From: Candidatus Eiseniibacteriota bacterium
Lineage (GTDB): Bacteria > Eisenbacteria > RBG-16-71-46 > CAVPCR01
Direction of reading: 5' to 3'
NCBI GenBank assembly: GCA_963823555.1
Contig: CAWGMA010000001.1
Span: 1,152,001 to 1,216,000 of the forward strand
Length of the DNA stretch: 64,000 nt
This document shows positions 31,246-40,879 of this stretch, one piece after another; position 1 is the first letter of the stretch, and every line of letters starts with the position of its first letter. Under the pieces are notes generated by a model that saw only the letters and a list, made by a program, of their open reading frames with translations, was not told where the DNA came from and made no database searches. A program made the position numbers and the translations under genes.

Positions 31246-32865
31246 ATGGCCAAGCAGCTCAGCTTTGATGTAGCCGCCCGCGAAGCCCTGCGCCGAGGCG
31301 TCGACCAGGTTGCCAACGCGGTGCGCATCACCCTGGGGCCACGGGGGCGCAGCGTCGTTCTCGAAAGCAAGTTCGGTGCGCCGACGCTCACCAGCGACGG
31401 CGTGACGGTGGCGCGCGAGATCGAGCTCGGCGATCCGCTCGAGAACATGGGGGCCCAGCTGATCAAGGAGGTCTCGACCAAGACCCAGGAGGTGGCAGGA
31501 GACGGCACGACCACCGCCACGGTTCTGGCCCAGGCCATCCTTCATGAGGGCCTCCGCCATGTGGGAGCCGGTGCCAACGCCATGGCCTTGAAGCGCGGCA
31601 TCGATCGCGCGGTTCAGACTGTGGTCTCGGAGCTCGGGCGCCTCTCCCAGGAGGTGAAGAGCAGGGAACAGATCACCCAGGTCGCGGCGATCTCGGCCAA
31701 CAACGACGCGTCGATCGGTGACCTCCTGGCCACGGCCATGGAGAAGGTGGGCCGCGACGGCGTGATCACGATCGAGGAAGCGCGGGGCATGGATACGCAT
31801 CTCGATGTGGTCGAGGGCATGCGGTTCGATCGTGGCTACCTCTCTCCCTACTTCGTGACGGATCCCGAGCGGATGGAAGTCGTGCTCGAGGATCCCCTGA
31901 TCCTGATCCACGACCGCCGGGTATCGAGTCTCGAGAGCCTGCTCCCCGTGCTGCAGTGCGCGGCGCGCCTGGGCCGGCCGCTCCTGGTCATCGCCGAGGA
32001 GGTGGAGGGGGAAGCACTGGCCGCGCTCGTGGTCAACAAGCTCAGGGGGGCGCTGCTCGCGGCCGCGGTCAAGGCGCCCGGATTCGGTGATCGCCGGCAG
32101 GCGGTCCTGGAGGACGTGGCGGTCCTGACCGGTGGTGTGCTCGTGACCGAGCAGACCGGACGCCGGCTCGAGACGGTCGAGGATCAGGACCTGGGCCGGG
32201 CGAAGCGAGTGACGATCGACAAGGATTCGACCACGATCGTCGGCAGCGGTGGCGAGGCCGCAGCGATCAAGCAGCGTGCGGAGCAAATCCGCCGTCAGAT
32301 CGATGAAGCCACCTCGGATTATGAACGCGATCAGCTCAAGGAACGGCTGGCGCGCCTCAGCGGCGGTGTGGCCGTGATCCAGGTGGGAGCCGCTACCGAG
32401 ATCGAGCTCAAGGAGAAGAAGGCACGGATCGAGGATGCCCTGGCGGCAACCCGAGCGGCGGTCGAGGAAGGCGTGGTGCCGGGTGGGGGAGTGGCGTTGC
32501 TCAGGACCATCCCTGCCTTGAAGGCCCTGGCCGCGGATGGGGACGAGGCCACCGGGGTCGCCATCGTGCGCCGCGCGCTCAGCGAGCCCACGCGGCGGCT
32601 GGCCGCCAATGCTGGCGTCGACGGGGCGTTCATCGTCGAGCAGGTTCTCGCCCGGAGCGGCCCCGTCGGCTGGAACGCTCTCACCTCCGAGATCGAGGAT
32701 CTGACCGCGCGCGGCATCATCGATCCCACCAAGGTGGTGCGAGTCGCCCTGCTGCACGCGGCCTCGATCGCCGGGCTCCTCTTGACCACGGAGGCCCTGG
32801 TCGCCGACGTGCGCCGCGCCGAGGAGAAGCCGATGGGCGGTCCGCCCCCAGGCATGGGGTTCTGA
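31246..32865 (+). CDS. groL: Chaperonin GroEL (Cpn60), no adjacent groES
   Basis: [69 protein letters not shown]. Confidence 0.96.
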   Translation: MAKQLSFDVAAREALRRGVDQVANAVRITLGPRGRSVVLESKFGAPTLTSDGVTVAREIELGDPLENMGAQLIKEVSTKTQEVAGDGTTTATVLAQAILHEGLRHVGAGANAMALKRGIDRAVQTVVSELGRLSQEVKSREQITQVAAISANNDASIGDLLATAMEKVGRDGVITIEEARGMDTHLDVVEGMRFDRGYLSPYFVTDPERMEVVLEDPLILIHDRRVSSLESLLPVLQCAARLGRPLLVIAEEVEGEALAALVVNKLRGALLAAAVKAPGFGDRRQAVLEDVAVLTGGVLVTEQTGRRLETVEDQDLGRAKRVTIDKDSTTIVGSGGEAAAIKQRAEQIRRQIDEATSDYERDQLKERLARLSGGVAVIQVGAATEIELKEKKARIEDALAATRAAVEEGVVPGGGVALLRTIPALKALAADGDEATGVAIVRRALSEPTRRLAANAGVDGAFIVEQVLARSGPVGWNALTSEIEDLTARGIIDPTKVVRVALLHAASIAGLLLTTEALVADVRRAEEKPMGGPPPGMGF

Positions 32866-33038
32866 TCCGCCTGGACCGGGCAGCCGCGATCTGCGGCGGG
32901 CGCGGTCAAATCCTCACCATTTCTGCCCTGACCGCGGGTCCAGGAGCTGGGTGGCCCGCGGCCATGGGCTGCGGCTGCGGCCTCTCACCCGCATCCCGCT
33001 CATCCCCGGAACTGACGTTCTCCCTATCCGTTTCTCGT

Positions 33039-33068
33039 TTGACCGTGGCCTGGCGGCCGGCGTATATT
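33039..33068 (+). promoter_or_regulatory. sigma-70-type promoter upstream of the GAF-GAF kinase
   Basis: TTGACC-N18-TATATT. Confidence 0.55.
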
Positions 33069-33105
33069 GGCTTTGAGTGCCCCTCCTTGGCCTGCCCGCC
33101 GACCG

Positions 33106-33121
33106 TGGCATGGGGGTTGCT
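33106..33121 (+). promoter_or_regulatory. sigma-54 (-24/-12) promoter
   Basis: TGGCAT-GGGGG-TTGCT, near-consensus TGGCAC-N5-TTGCW, intergenic. Confidence 0.75.
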
Positions 33122-33275
33122 GCCAGTACTCGCGGCGGCAACTGTGCAGGCGCCTTGTCCACGCATCTTCCCAGCCGCCTTGAGTGCCGCGAACAGGCAG
33201 AGCCGGGACGCGTCTTTTCACCAAGCTGCGAACGCCCTACCGGCGGGTGCCGGGGCGTGAGTTGCCCGCGTCTGG

Positions 33276-35423
33276 ATGGAGCCCATGGGCGAACTCGCAA
33301 GCACCCGAGATTTGCGCGGCCGGGAGGCCAATCACCCGGGCCGCACGGAGCCCGCGCGCCCGGCGGCTTCTTCGGATGCCGCCCCGGAGGCGCGCGAGGC
33401 CGCATCCGCGATGGATGCTGAGAACGCGGCGATCGCTCCGCTCGATTTCGCTGTCGAGCGACTCAACGAGGAGATCTCGCTTCTCCGCGACAAGAACCAC
33501 GAGTATTCCTTGCTCCTCCAGGTGCTCGGCGTCCTCCATGGCTCCCTCGAGCACGGTGCCATCGCGCGCATCGTGCTGACGGCTGTCACCGCCGGCAGCG
33601 CCCTCGGCTTCAACCGGGCGCTGCTTCTCCTCACCGATGCTGCCGGCGAGCGGCTGGTCGGTCGCGCCGGGCGGGGTCCCGCGAGCGGCGAGGAGGCCGC
33701 CCGCATCTGGGGCACCATTGGCGGCCAGAGCTTCGATGAGCTGGCGGCCTCAGCCGCCAGCGAGCGCCCGGGAGAAAGCGAGCTCGATCAGGTGGCGGCT
33801 CAGCTCTCGTTCCCTCTGGCGGCAGGCAGTTCGGTCTTCGCCGATGTCGTTCATGACGGGAAGCCGATCGTTGTGGACGATGCCGGATCGGACCCGCGCG
33901 TTCCGGCAGAGTTCCTCGCCTCCTTCCCCAGTGCGAGCTTCGTCGTGGCGCCGATCTGTTCCCCGGGGCACACGCTGGGTGTGATCATCGCCGACAACCA
34001 CTTCACCGGACGCCGCATCCGGGAAGAGGATGTCACGCTGCTGGCCGCTCTCGGTGAGCACGCCGGCCTCGCTCTGGAAAAGGCCCAGGTGTATTCGCGG
34101 CTCGCCCAGCGACTGGAGGAGCGATCCACCATCCACGAGGTCTCGAAGGGGATCCTGACCACGATCGACATCGAGACCGAACTTCTGATCATCGCTCGGA
34201 TCTCGGCCCAGGTCATCGGCGCTCACGGCTCGGTGTTGTGGTTGCTCGATGACGGCGAAGGTCTCCGGGTGGCGGCCACGTTCGGCGAGGGAGCGCGGCT
34301 CGCCGGGGCGGCGCCCGGAACGGTCGCCGATATTGCGCGGCAGGTCGTGGCCGACGCGTCCCCGGTGATCCGGCCGGAACTCGAGGGTATCGGGCCGGGA
34401 TCACTGCTCTGCGTGCCGCTCCTGGTCCGCGAGCGGCCGATCGGAGCCATCACGATCTTCGGCAAGGTCCAGGCTTCCTTCCTCGATTCGCCGATCTTCA
34501 CGGTCGAGGACCAGGAGTTCCTGGCGATCCTGGCCGATCAAGCCGCGATCGCCATCGAGAATGCCCGTCTCTTCGAGCGCGTACGGCAGACCGAGGAGCG
34601 CCTGCGGGAGGGGGAGGCCATCCGTGCCCGTACCGAGAAGCTGGCGGCGCTGGGCGAGATGAGCGCCAAGGTGGCGCACGAGATACGGAATCCGCTGGTG
34701 TCGATCGGTGGCTTTGCCCGGCGCCTGCGCCAGCACTTCGCTCCGGCCACGCGCGAACGGCAGGCGGTGGAGGTCATCATCTCGGAGACCGAGCGTCTCG
34801 AGCGTCTGCTGACCTCTCAGCTCGAGTTCGCCCAGCTGTCACCGCCACGGCTCGAGCTCACCGATCTGAATCAGGTCGTGGAGCATACCCTGCTTCTGAT
34901 CATTCATGAGGCCCAGCGACGGCGGGTACGCGTGCAGAAGCGCCTCGATTCCGCCCTGCCTCAATTGCTGCTCGATGCCGACCGCATCAAGCAAGTCCTG
35001 CTGAACCTGTTTCAGAACGGGATCCAGAGCCTCCCCGACGGCGGCCGCCTCCGGATCGAGACCAGCCGGCATGGAGATCAAGTCCATGTCGAAGTGGCTA
35101 CCGATGGTGAACCGATCCCTGGCGACATGATCGAGCGCCTGTTCGTTCCTTTCGCCACCTCCAAGAGCTCCGGTTCCGGACTCGGGCTTCCGGTGGCGCT
35201 GAAGCTCGTGCGCGAGCACGGCGGGCAGATTCGGGTGCGCAGTGAAGGGGAGTGGGGGGCGATCTTCTCCGTGGTGTTGCCTGTACCCGGCAATGAGGAG
35301 CGACGCGGCGGTCCGGACCGCAGGCAGCGCTTTCTCGACCGCCGGAACATGCCAGAGAGCGCATCCGAGGAGGCGAACGCGGCTTCCCATGCGCCAGCGG
35401 TGCGAAAGGACGGTCCCAGATGA
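33276..35423 (+). CDS. GAF-GAF sensor histidine kinase
   Basis: LTAVTAGSALGFNRALL GAF; second GAF; AHEIRNPL; NLFQNG; GSGLGL; Arg-rich C-tail; alternative start 33411. Confidence 0.9.
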   Translation: MEPMGELASTRDLRGREANHPGRTEPARPAASSDAAPEAREAASAMDAENAAIAPLDFAVERLNEEISLLRDKNHEYSLLLQVLGVLHGSLEHGAIARIVLTAVTAGSALGFNRALLLLTDAAGERLVGRAGRGPASGEEAARIWGTIGGQSFDELAASAASERPGESELDQVAAQLSFPLAAGSSVFADVVHDGKPIVVDDAGSDPRVPAEFLASFPSASFVVAPICSPGHTLGVIIADNHFTGRRIREEDVTLLAALGEHAGLALEKAQVYSRLAQRLEERSTIHEVSKGILTTIDIETELLIIARISAQVIGAHGSVLWLLDDGEGLRVAATFGEGARLAGAAPGTVADIARQVVADASPVIRPELEGIGPGSLLCVPLLVRERPIGAITIFGKVQASFLDSPIFTVEDQEFLAILADQAAIAIENARLFERVRQTEERLREGEAIRARTEKLAALGEMSAKVAHEIRNPLVSIGGFARRLRQHFAPATRERQAVEVIISETERLERLLTSQLEFAQLSPPRLELTDLNQVVEHTLLLIIHEAQRRRVRVQKRLDSALPQLLLDADRIKQVLLNLFQNGIQSLPDGGRLRIETSRHGDQVHVEVATDGEPIPGDMIERLFVPFATSKSSGSGLGLPVALKLVREHGGQIRVRSEGEWGAIFSVVLPVPGNEERRGGPDRRQRFLDRRNMPESASEEANAASHAPAVRKDGPR

Positions 35424-35773
35424 GGAAAGTACTCATCGTCGAGGATGACGCGAACCTCTGCTTGCTATATGCCAGCGAGTTCACGGATCAGGGGTACGAG
35501 GTGGTGACGGCGCAGAGCGGGCAAGATGCGCTGGCCGCCGTCGATCTCTCGGATCCGGATCTCGTCGTCCTCGACATCAAGATGGAGCCCATGGACGGGC
35601 TCGAGCTGCTGGATCACCTGCTGCAGCGGCGGAAAGGCGTGCCGATCGTCATCAACTCGGCCTATCCGGACTTCAAGGCGGACTTCTCGAGCTGGGGCGC
35701 CGATGCCTACATCGTCAAGTCCTCCGATCTCACCGAGCTCATGGACAAGGTGCGGAGCTTGCTAGCCGCCTAG
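35420..35773 (+). CDS. Single-domain response regulator
   Basis: VLIVEDD, DLVVLDIKM, NSAY, VKSSD; ATGA overlap with the kinase. Confidence 0.92.
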   Translation: MRKVLIVEDDANLCLLYASEFTDQGYEVVTAQSGQDALAAVDLSDPDLVVLDIKMEPMDGLELLDHLLQRRKGVPIVINSAYPDFKADFSSWGADAYIVKSSDLTELMDKVRSLLAA

Positions 35774-35910
35774 ACCTGCCGGTCGGAGGGGATGTGACTG
35801 CCGGGCCGAGCTGCGCGGGCCAGTCCGCGGGGGCCTGGCTTGGGTGCCCGGCCTTGACCCCCGGCGGAGGGGTGTGGTAACTCTTTTGGCGGCCTTGTCG
35901 AGAGGCCAAG

Positions 35911-35986
35911 GCGACCCTAGCTCAGTTGGTAGAGCACCACACTGAAAATGTGGGTGTCCGCAGTTCGATTCTGCGGGGTCGCACCA
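35911..35986 (+). tRNA. tRNA-Phe (GAA)
   Basis: Acceptor GCGACCC/GGGTCGC, anticodon arm CCACA-CTGAAAA-TGTGG, TTCGATT loop, encoded CCA. Confidence 0.96.
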
Positions 35987-36052
35987 CCTTGCGAGGGCCA
36001 GGGCCCTCTCCGCTCCCGGGCTCCGGCCTGCGCCGGGGCCTGCACTTTGTGA

Positions 36053-36128
36053 GCTGGTGTAGCTCAGCTGGTAGAGCAACGCACTCGTAATGCGTAGGTC
36101 ATCGGTTCGATTCCGATCACCAGCTCCA
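36053..36128 (+). tRNA. tRNA-Thr (CGT)
   Basis: Acceptor GCTGGTG/CACCAGC, anticodon arm ACGCA-CTCGTAA-TGCGT, encoded CCA. Confidence 0.96.
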
Positions 36129-36202
36129 TTCTTCTCGGGCCCAGACGGGCGGCCTCCGGGTTCCGCCGGCGCCCAGTCATCCAAGTAGCCAGTGAGTCGA
36201 TC

Positions 36203-37573
36203 ATGAAGCGACCCGCGAACCTGATCTGCGGCGTGTCCGGTGCGCGCGGTGTCGTCGGCCACGGGCTCGACCCCGTGGTGGCGGCGGCCTTCGGTGCCGC
36301 CTTTGGCACCGTGGCCGGCGGTGGGCCCGTGGTGGTGGGGCGCGATTCGCGCGTCTCCGGCCCGCTGCTCGAGTCGGCGCTGATCGCCGGGATACGGGCG
36401 GTCGGGGCCGATGTCATCCGCATCGGGATCACGCCCACACCGACCGTGCAGAACATGGTCCGCGAGACCGGGGCTCGGGGTGGCATCGCCGTGACCGCAA
36501 GTCACAACCCCGCCGAGTGGAACGCATTCAAGTTCATTGCCGCCGATGGCACTTTCTTGACCGCGAGCGCGGCCGAGGCTCTTTACCGCGCGGTCGACGA
36601 GGATCGCTTCGCCTTTCGTGCCTACGATGAGCTGGGAGGCGAGACCAGCGACGGGAGCGCCATCGAGCGCCATCTGGAGCGCATCCTCGCCCTTCCCTTC
36701 GTCGACGGTGACGCCATTGCGCGCCGCCGGTTGACTGCGGTCGTGGATACGACCAACGGGGCCGGCGGGCTCATCCTGCCCACCCTTCTCGAACGGCTCG
36801 GGGTGCGCGTGATCGGTCTCAACCTCGATCCGACGGGGCGCTTCGCCCGGGGGCCGGAGCCTGTCCCTGAGAACCTGACTCAACTCGCGGCGCGTGTCGG
36901 GGAGACTGGGGCAGACCTCGGTCTGGCCTGCGATCCGGATGTGGATCGCCTGGCCTTGGTCACTGGCGATGGCAAGCCGCTGGGGGAAGAGATGACCCTG
37001 GCTCTGGCCACCCAGTTCGAGCTGGCCCGCCGGGGCGGTGGTGATGTGGTGACCAACGTCTCGACCTCGATGGCGATCGATGAAGTGGCCGATCGCCTCG
37101 GGGGGCGGGTGCATCGCACGGCGGTCGGGGAGGCCCATGTGGTGGAGCGGATCCGCGACGTCGGGGCGGTGATCGGTGGTGAGGGGAACGGTGGGGTCAT
37201 CTATCCGGAGCTCGGCCTGATGCGCGATGCCTCGGTGGCGGCAGCGATCATCCTCCAGCACCTGACGGCCTGGGGCGGGACGCTGGCGAGCCTGGCCGAG
37301 ACCGTGCCCCGTTTCACCATCGTCAAGGCCAAGCTCCCTCGGGGTCAGGCTGATCCCGAGGCGGTTGCTGCCCGGCTCCTCGGGGAACGGCCGGGAGGCA
37401 CCCTGGATCGCACCGATGGCGTCCTTGTCCGGTGGCCGGACCGCTGGGTCCACCTAAGGAGCTCCAACACGGAACCGATAATGAGAGTGATCGGTGAGGC
37501 GCGCTCACCCGATGCTGCCAGGGACCTGGTGGCGCGGGCACTCGCCCTGGCCGGCGCCCCGGCAGGCTCCTAG
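36203..37573 (+). CDS. glmM: Phosphoglucosamine mutase (alpha-D-phosphohexomutase)
   Basis: GRDSRVSG, TASHNP, DPDVDR, GGEGNGG, RSSNTEP; adjacent to glmS. Confidence 0.85.
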   Translation: MKRPANLICGVSGARGVVGHGLDPVVAAAFGAAFGTVAGGGPVVVGRDSRVSGPLLESALIAGIRAVGADVIRIGITPTPTVQNMVRETGARGGIAVTASHNPAEWNAFKFIAADGTFLTASAAEALYRAVDEDRFAFRAYDELGGETSDGSAIERHLERILALPFVDGDAIARRRLTAVVDTTNGAGGLILPTLLERLGVRVIGLNLDPTGRFARGPEPVPENLTQLAARVGETGADLGLACDPDVDRLALVTGDGKPLGEEMTLALATQFELARRGGGDVVTNVSTSMAIDEVADRLGGRVHRTAVGEAHVVERIRDVGAVIGGEGNGGVIYPELGLMRDASVAAAIILQHLTAWGGTLASLAETVPRFTIVKAKLPRGQADPEAVAARLLGERPGGTLDRTDGVLVRWPDRWVHLRSSNTEPIMRVIGEARSPDAARDLVARALALAGAPAGS

Positions 37574-37768
37574 GTGGGTGTGATACCCTGACCCTGCGCC
37601 CAAGAGAGAAGGTCCGTCCGGGATCGCCGCCCCGGGGCCGACTCGAGAGAGCGCCGGCTGGCAGGGCGAGCGGCAACCCGACCCCATCTTGGCTCCGGGT
37701 TCGCGGTTCCCTGCCCGACCCATGGCTCAACGCCTGCGCTGGCGCCAGGCAGGCCGGAGGTTCATCGC

Positions 37769-39610
37769 ATGTGCGGCATCGTGGGCTATGTCGGACAGCG
37801 GGACTGCATCGACATCCTGGTCGAAGGTCTCAAGCGGATGGAGTACCGCGGGTACGACTCCGCCGGAATCGCGGTGCCCGTGAACGGGGTGATCCAGACC
37901 GAAAAGACCGCCGGCAAGATCAAGTTCCTCGAGCGCCAGCTGGGGAACTCCCGCCCGCGAGGCGCGATCGGCATCGGCCATACCCGCTGGGCGACGCATG
38001 GTGAACCCACCTTCAAGAATGCCCACCCGCACCTCGATTGCACTGGCACGGTTGCCGTTGTTCACAACGGGATCATCGAGAACTATGGCGTCCTGAAGCA
38101 GCTCCTTGCCGAGGAAGGCCACGTCTTCACCACCGACACCGATACCGAGGTGATCGCACATCTGATCGAGAAGTACCTGGCGGGAGGAAAGGACGGCACC
38201 AAGCTCGAGACTGCCGTCAGCTCGGCGCTGGGGCGGCTCGAGGGCACCTACGGCATCGCCGTGGTCTCGACGCTGGATCCGGGCAAGGTGGTCTGTGCCC
38301 GTAATGGCAGCCCTCTCCTCCTCGGGATCGGCAAGGGGGAGAACTTCGTCGCCTCCGATGCCGCCGCCATTCTCGCCCACACCAAGCAGGTCGTGTATCT
38401 CGACGACCACGAGATGGCGGTGATCACGGCGGACGACTTCGCGACGACGACCATCGCCAACGAGACGGTCGAGAAACGGATCGAGTCGATTTCCTGGGAG
38501 CTGGATCAGATCGAGAAGCACGGGTTCGAGCACTTCATGCTCAAGGAGATCTTCGAGCAGCCGAACTCGATCCGCAACGCGATCCGGGGCCGCCTGGTAA
38601 CGGCGGAGGGAACGGCCCACCTGGGTGGTCTGAACATGACCACCGAGGAGTTGCGCGCCGTGGATCGCATCATCATCACTGCCTGCGGCACTTCGTGGCA
38701 CGCAGGGATGATCGGCGAGTACATGCTCGAGGAGCACGTGCGGATCCCCGTCGAGGTCGAGTATGCCTCCGAGTTCCGCTACCGGAACCCGATCATCAAG
38801 CCGGGCACGCTGGTTCTTGTCATCTCCCAGTCGGGCGAGACGGCGGATACCTTGGCCGCCATGCGCGAAGCCCAGCGCAAGGGGGCGCAAGCTCTGGGTA
38901 TCTGCAACGTGGTCGGCTCCACGATCGCCCGCGAGTCCGACGGGGGGGTGTACATCCACGCCGGACCGGAGATCGGCGTGGCATCCACCAAGGCCTTCAC
39001 CTCGCAGGTTGCGGTGCTCGCGATCTTGACGCTCGCTCTCGGGCGCTACAAGGTGATGTCCCGCGACGACGGCCGGCGCATCGTGAACGAACTCATGCGG
39101 ATTCCGGAGAAGATCGAGCGCGTGCTCGAGACCGCGCCCAAGATCCGGGAGATCGCCGAGCGCTACGCTCATCACAACAACTTCCTCTACCTCGGGCGTG
39201 GGGTGAATTTCCCGGTCGCCCTCGAGGGTGCGCTCAAGCTGAAGGAGATCTCCTACATCCACGCCGAGGGTTACCCGGCGGCGGAAATGAAGCACGGGCC
39301 GATCGCGTTGATCGACGAGAAGATGCCCGTCGTGTTCATCTGTCTGCGTGACTCCGCCTACGAGAAGATCATCTCCAACATGGAGGAGGTGCGCGCGCGG
39401 CGGGGGACGATCCTGGCCATTGCCTCGGAGGGCGACGAGGAGATCAAGTCGCGGGCCGATCACGTGATCTACGTGCCCGAAACGCTGGAGATGCTGTCGC
39501 CACTCCTGTCGGTGGTGCCGCTTCAGCTGCTCGCGTACTACATTGCCGTCCTTCGTGGTTGCGACGTCGATCAGCCACGGAACCTCGCCAAGTCGGTCAC
39601 GGTGGAGTGA
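37769..39610 (+). CDS. glmS: Glutamine--fructose-6-phosphate transaminase
   Basis: MCGIVG, EYRGYDSAG, GHTRWATHG, SQSGETADT, PRNLAKSVTVE. Confidence 0.98.
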   Translation: MCGIVGYVGQRDCIDILVEGLKRMEYRGYDSAGIAVPVNGVIQTEKTAGKIKFLERQLGNSRPRGAIGIGHTRWATHGEPTFKNAHPHLDCTGTVAVVHNGIIENYGVLKQLLAEEGHVFTTDTDTEVIAHLIEKYLAGGKDGTKLETAVSSALGRLEGTYGIAVVSTLDPGKVVCARNGSPLLLGIGKGENFVASDAAAILAHTKQVVYLDDHEMAVITADDFATTTIANETVEKRIESISWELDQIEKHGFEHFMLKEIFEQPNSIRNAIRGRLVTAEGTAHLGGLNMTTEELRAVDRIIITACGTSWHAGMIGEYMLEEHVRIPVEVEYASEFRYRNPIIKPGTLVLVISQSGETADTLAAMREAQRKGAQALGICNVVGSTIARESDGGVYIHAGPEIGVASTKAFTSQVAVLAILTLALGRYKVMSRDDGRRIVNELMRIPEKIERVLETAPKIREIAERYAHHNNFLYLGRGVNFPVALEGALKLKEISYIHAEGYPAAEMKHGPIALIDEKMPVVFICLRDSAYEKIISNMEEVRARRGTILAIASEGDEEIKSRADHVIYVPETLEMLSPLLSVVPLQLLAYYIAVLRGCDVDQPRNLAKSVTVE

Positions 39611-39639
39611 AGCGGGGGGACGGGGAGGAGGCAGCAAGG

Positions 39640-40032
39640 ATGCTCCGACCGATCCGGACCGAGGGGGCGCCGAGCCCGATCGGCCCCTACAGCCAGGCCG
39701 TCAGCGCCGCCTGCGGCGAACTGGTGTTCACGGCCGGCATGGTGGGTAACGACCCTGCCACGGGGCAGATGGTCGAGGGGGGAATCGCGGCCGAGACCGA
39801 GCGTGCCCTCGACAATCTGGCCGCGGTGATGGCCGCCGCCGGGCTTTCCTTCTCGGATGTCGCTCGCACCACCATCTACCTGGTCGATCTGGGCGAATTC
39901 CCCGTCATGAACACGATCTATGCTCGACGGATGGGGGACCATCGTCCGGCACGCTCGACCGTCGGCGTTGCCGCGCTGCCACTGGGAGCCCGGGTCGAGA
40001 TCGATATGCTGGCCGTCCGCCGCCCGGCCTAG
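39640..40032 (+). CDS. ridA: RidA/YjgF family enamine deaminase
   Basis: APSPIGPYSQAV, PARSTVGVAALPLGARVEID (catalytic Arg present). Confidence 0.9.
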   Translation: MLRPIRTEGAPSPIGPYSQAVSAACGELVFTAGMVGNDPATGQMVEGGIAAETERALDNLAAVMAAAGLSFSDVARTTIYLVDLGEFPVMNTIYARRMGDHRPARSTVGVAALPLGARVEIDMLAVRRPA

Positions 40033-40047
40033 CCCGGTTCCACTCGC

Positions 40048-40077
40048 TTGTCGCGCGCGTCCCCCGTCTGCTAGGCT
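40048..40077 (+). promoter_or_regulatory. sigma-70-type promoter directly upstream of selC
   Basis: TTGTCG-N18-TAGGCT with extended TGC; 6 nt before tRNA G1. Confidence 0.6.
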
Positions 40078-40083
40078 CCCGCC

Positions 40084-40181
40084 GGGAACGGATGAGTTCT
40101 GGTGGACTTCAAGGACTTCAAATCCTCATGTCGGGCGCTAATCACGTCCGAGGTGGGTTCGATTCCCACACGTTCCCGCCA
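40084..40181 (+). tRNA. selC: tRNA-Sec (anticodon TCA)
   Basis: Acceptor GGGAACG(G)/(A)CGTTCCC plus G73-CCA; 6-bp D-stem GAGTTC/GGACTT with a 4-nt loop; AGGA-CTTCAAA-TCCT anticodon arm; long variable arm TCGGGCG/CGTCCGA; T arm GTGGG-TTCGATT-CCCAC. Confidence 0.92.
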
Positions 40182-40230
40182 TCGACTCCCGGGCGGCCGT
40201 GGTGGTCGGACCCGGTGGGCGGCGGGGCTC

Positions 40231-40851
40231 TTGCTCGCGGTCACCATGATGGTGGGGCCGCGAGTCGTTTTTGCCGATGACGGGCGGGCGTTGGCCCACC
40301 GGCAGGAGCCCCCTTCCAGTGCGTCGCCTTGGTCCACGCTTCTTCGCTCCGTCGCCTTTCCCGGCTGGGGCCAACTGGAGAACGGGCAGCCGCTCAAGGC
40401 CGGCCTCGTGTTCACGGCCGAGGCCGGACTCCTGGTCAGCGGCGTCGTCGAGTTCCGGCGTGCGGAACGCAGTCGTGAGGCAGAACAGCGGGCCGCCGAC
40501 CGCGGTGATGCGGCAGCCGCCGAAAGGGAATACCAGAATTACTTGGATCGTCGGGATCGAGCCATCAGCCGCTTCTGGTGGACGGGCTTCGCCCTCCTCT
40601 TGAGCATGCTTGACGCCTATGCGGACGCGCATCTGCGCGACTTCGATCCGGGCAGCATGCCCGATCTACCGGCACCCGAGGGGGGGGCGGCCAACACCCT
40701 GGAATCCACCTCGGCCTCGGGGTCGGATCCCGGGGCGCTGTCTGCCGGTGCCTTCTTGCCGGAAGCCGTTCCGCACGACCCCGGGGCCGCGACCCCCACG
40801 ATCATCCTCGACGTCGACGCCCGGAGAGTGGGCGTTGCTTTCACGTTCTAG
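40231..40851 (+). CDS. DUF5683-like membrane protein
   Basis: SPWSTLLRSVAFPGWGQLENGQPLKA...LSMLDAYADAHL; start uncertain (TTG 40231 or ATG 40246); the ORF-track start at 40102 lies inside selC. Confidence 0.7.
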   Translation: MLAVTMMVGPRVVFADDGRALAHRQEPPSSASPWSTLLRSVAFPGWGQLENGQPLKAGLVFTAEAGLLVSGVVEFRRAERSREAEQRAADRGDAAAAEREYQNYLDRRDRAISRFWWTGFALLLSMLDAYADAHLRDFDPGSMPDLPAPEGGAANTLESTSASGSDPGALSAGAFLPEAVPHDPGAATPTIILDVDARRVGVAFTF

Positions 40852-40879
40852 CCACAGCCGTATGCCCTAGAGCAGGCGA

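Noticed and set aside
35911..40181. Integrative element at tRNA-Phe, tRNA-Thr or selC
   Set aside because: No integrase and no duplicated tRNA 3' end; flanks are housekeeping genes
40092..40230. ORFs starting at 40092 and 40102
   Set aside because: They overlap the tRNA-Sec gene; the real CDS start must be downstream
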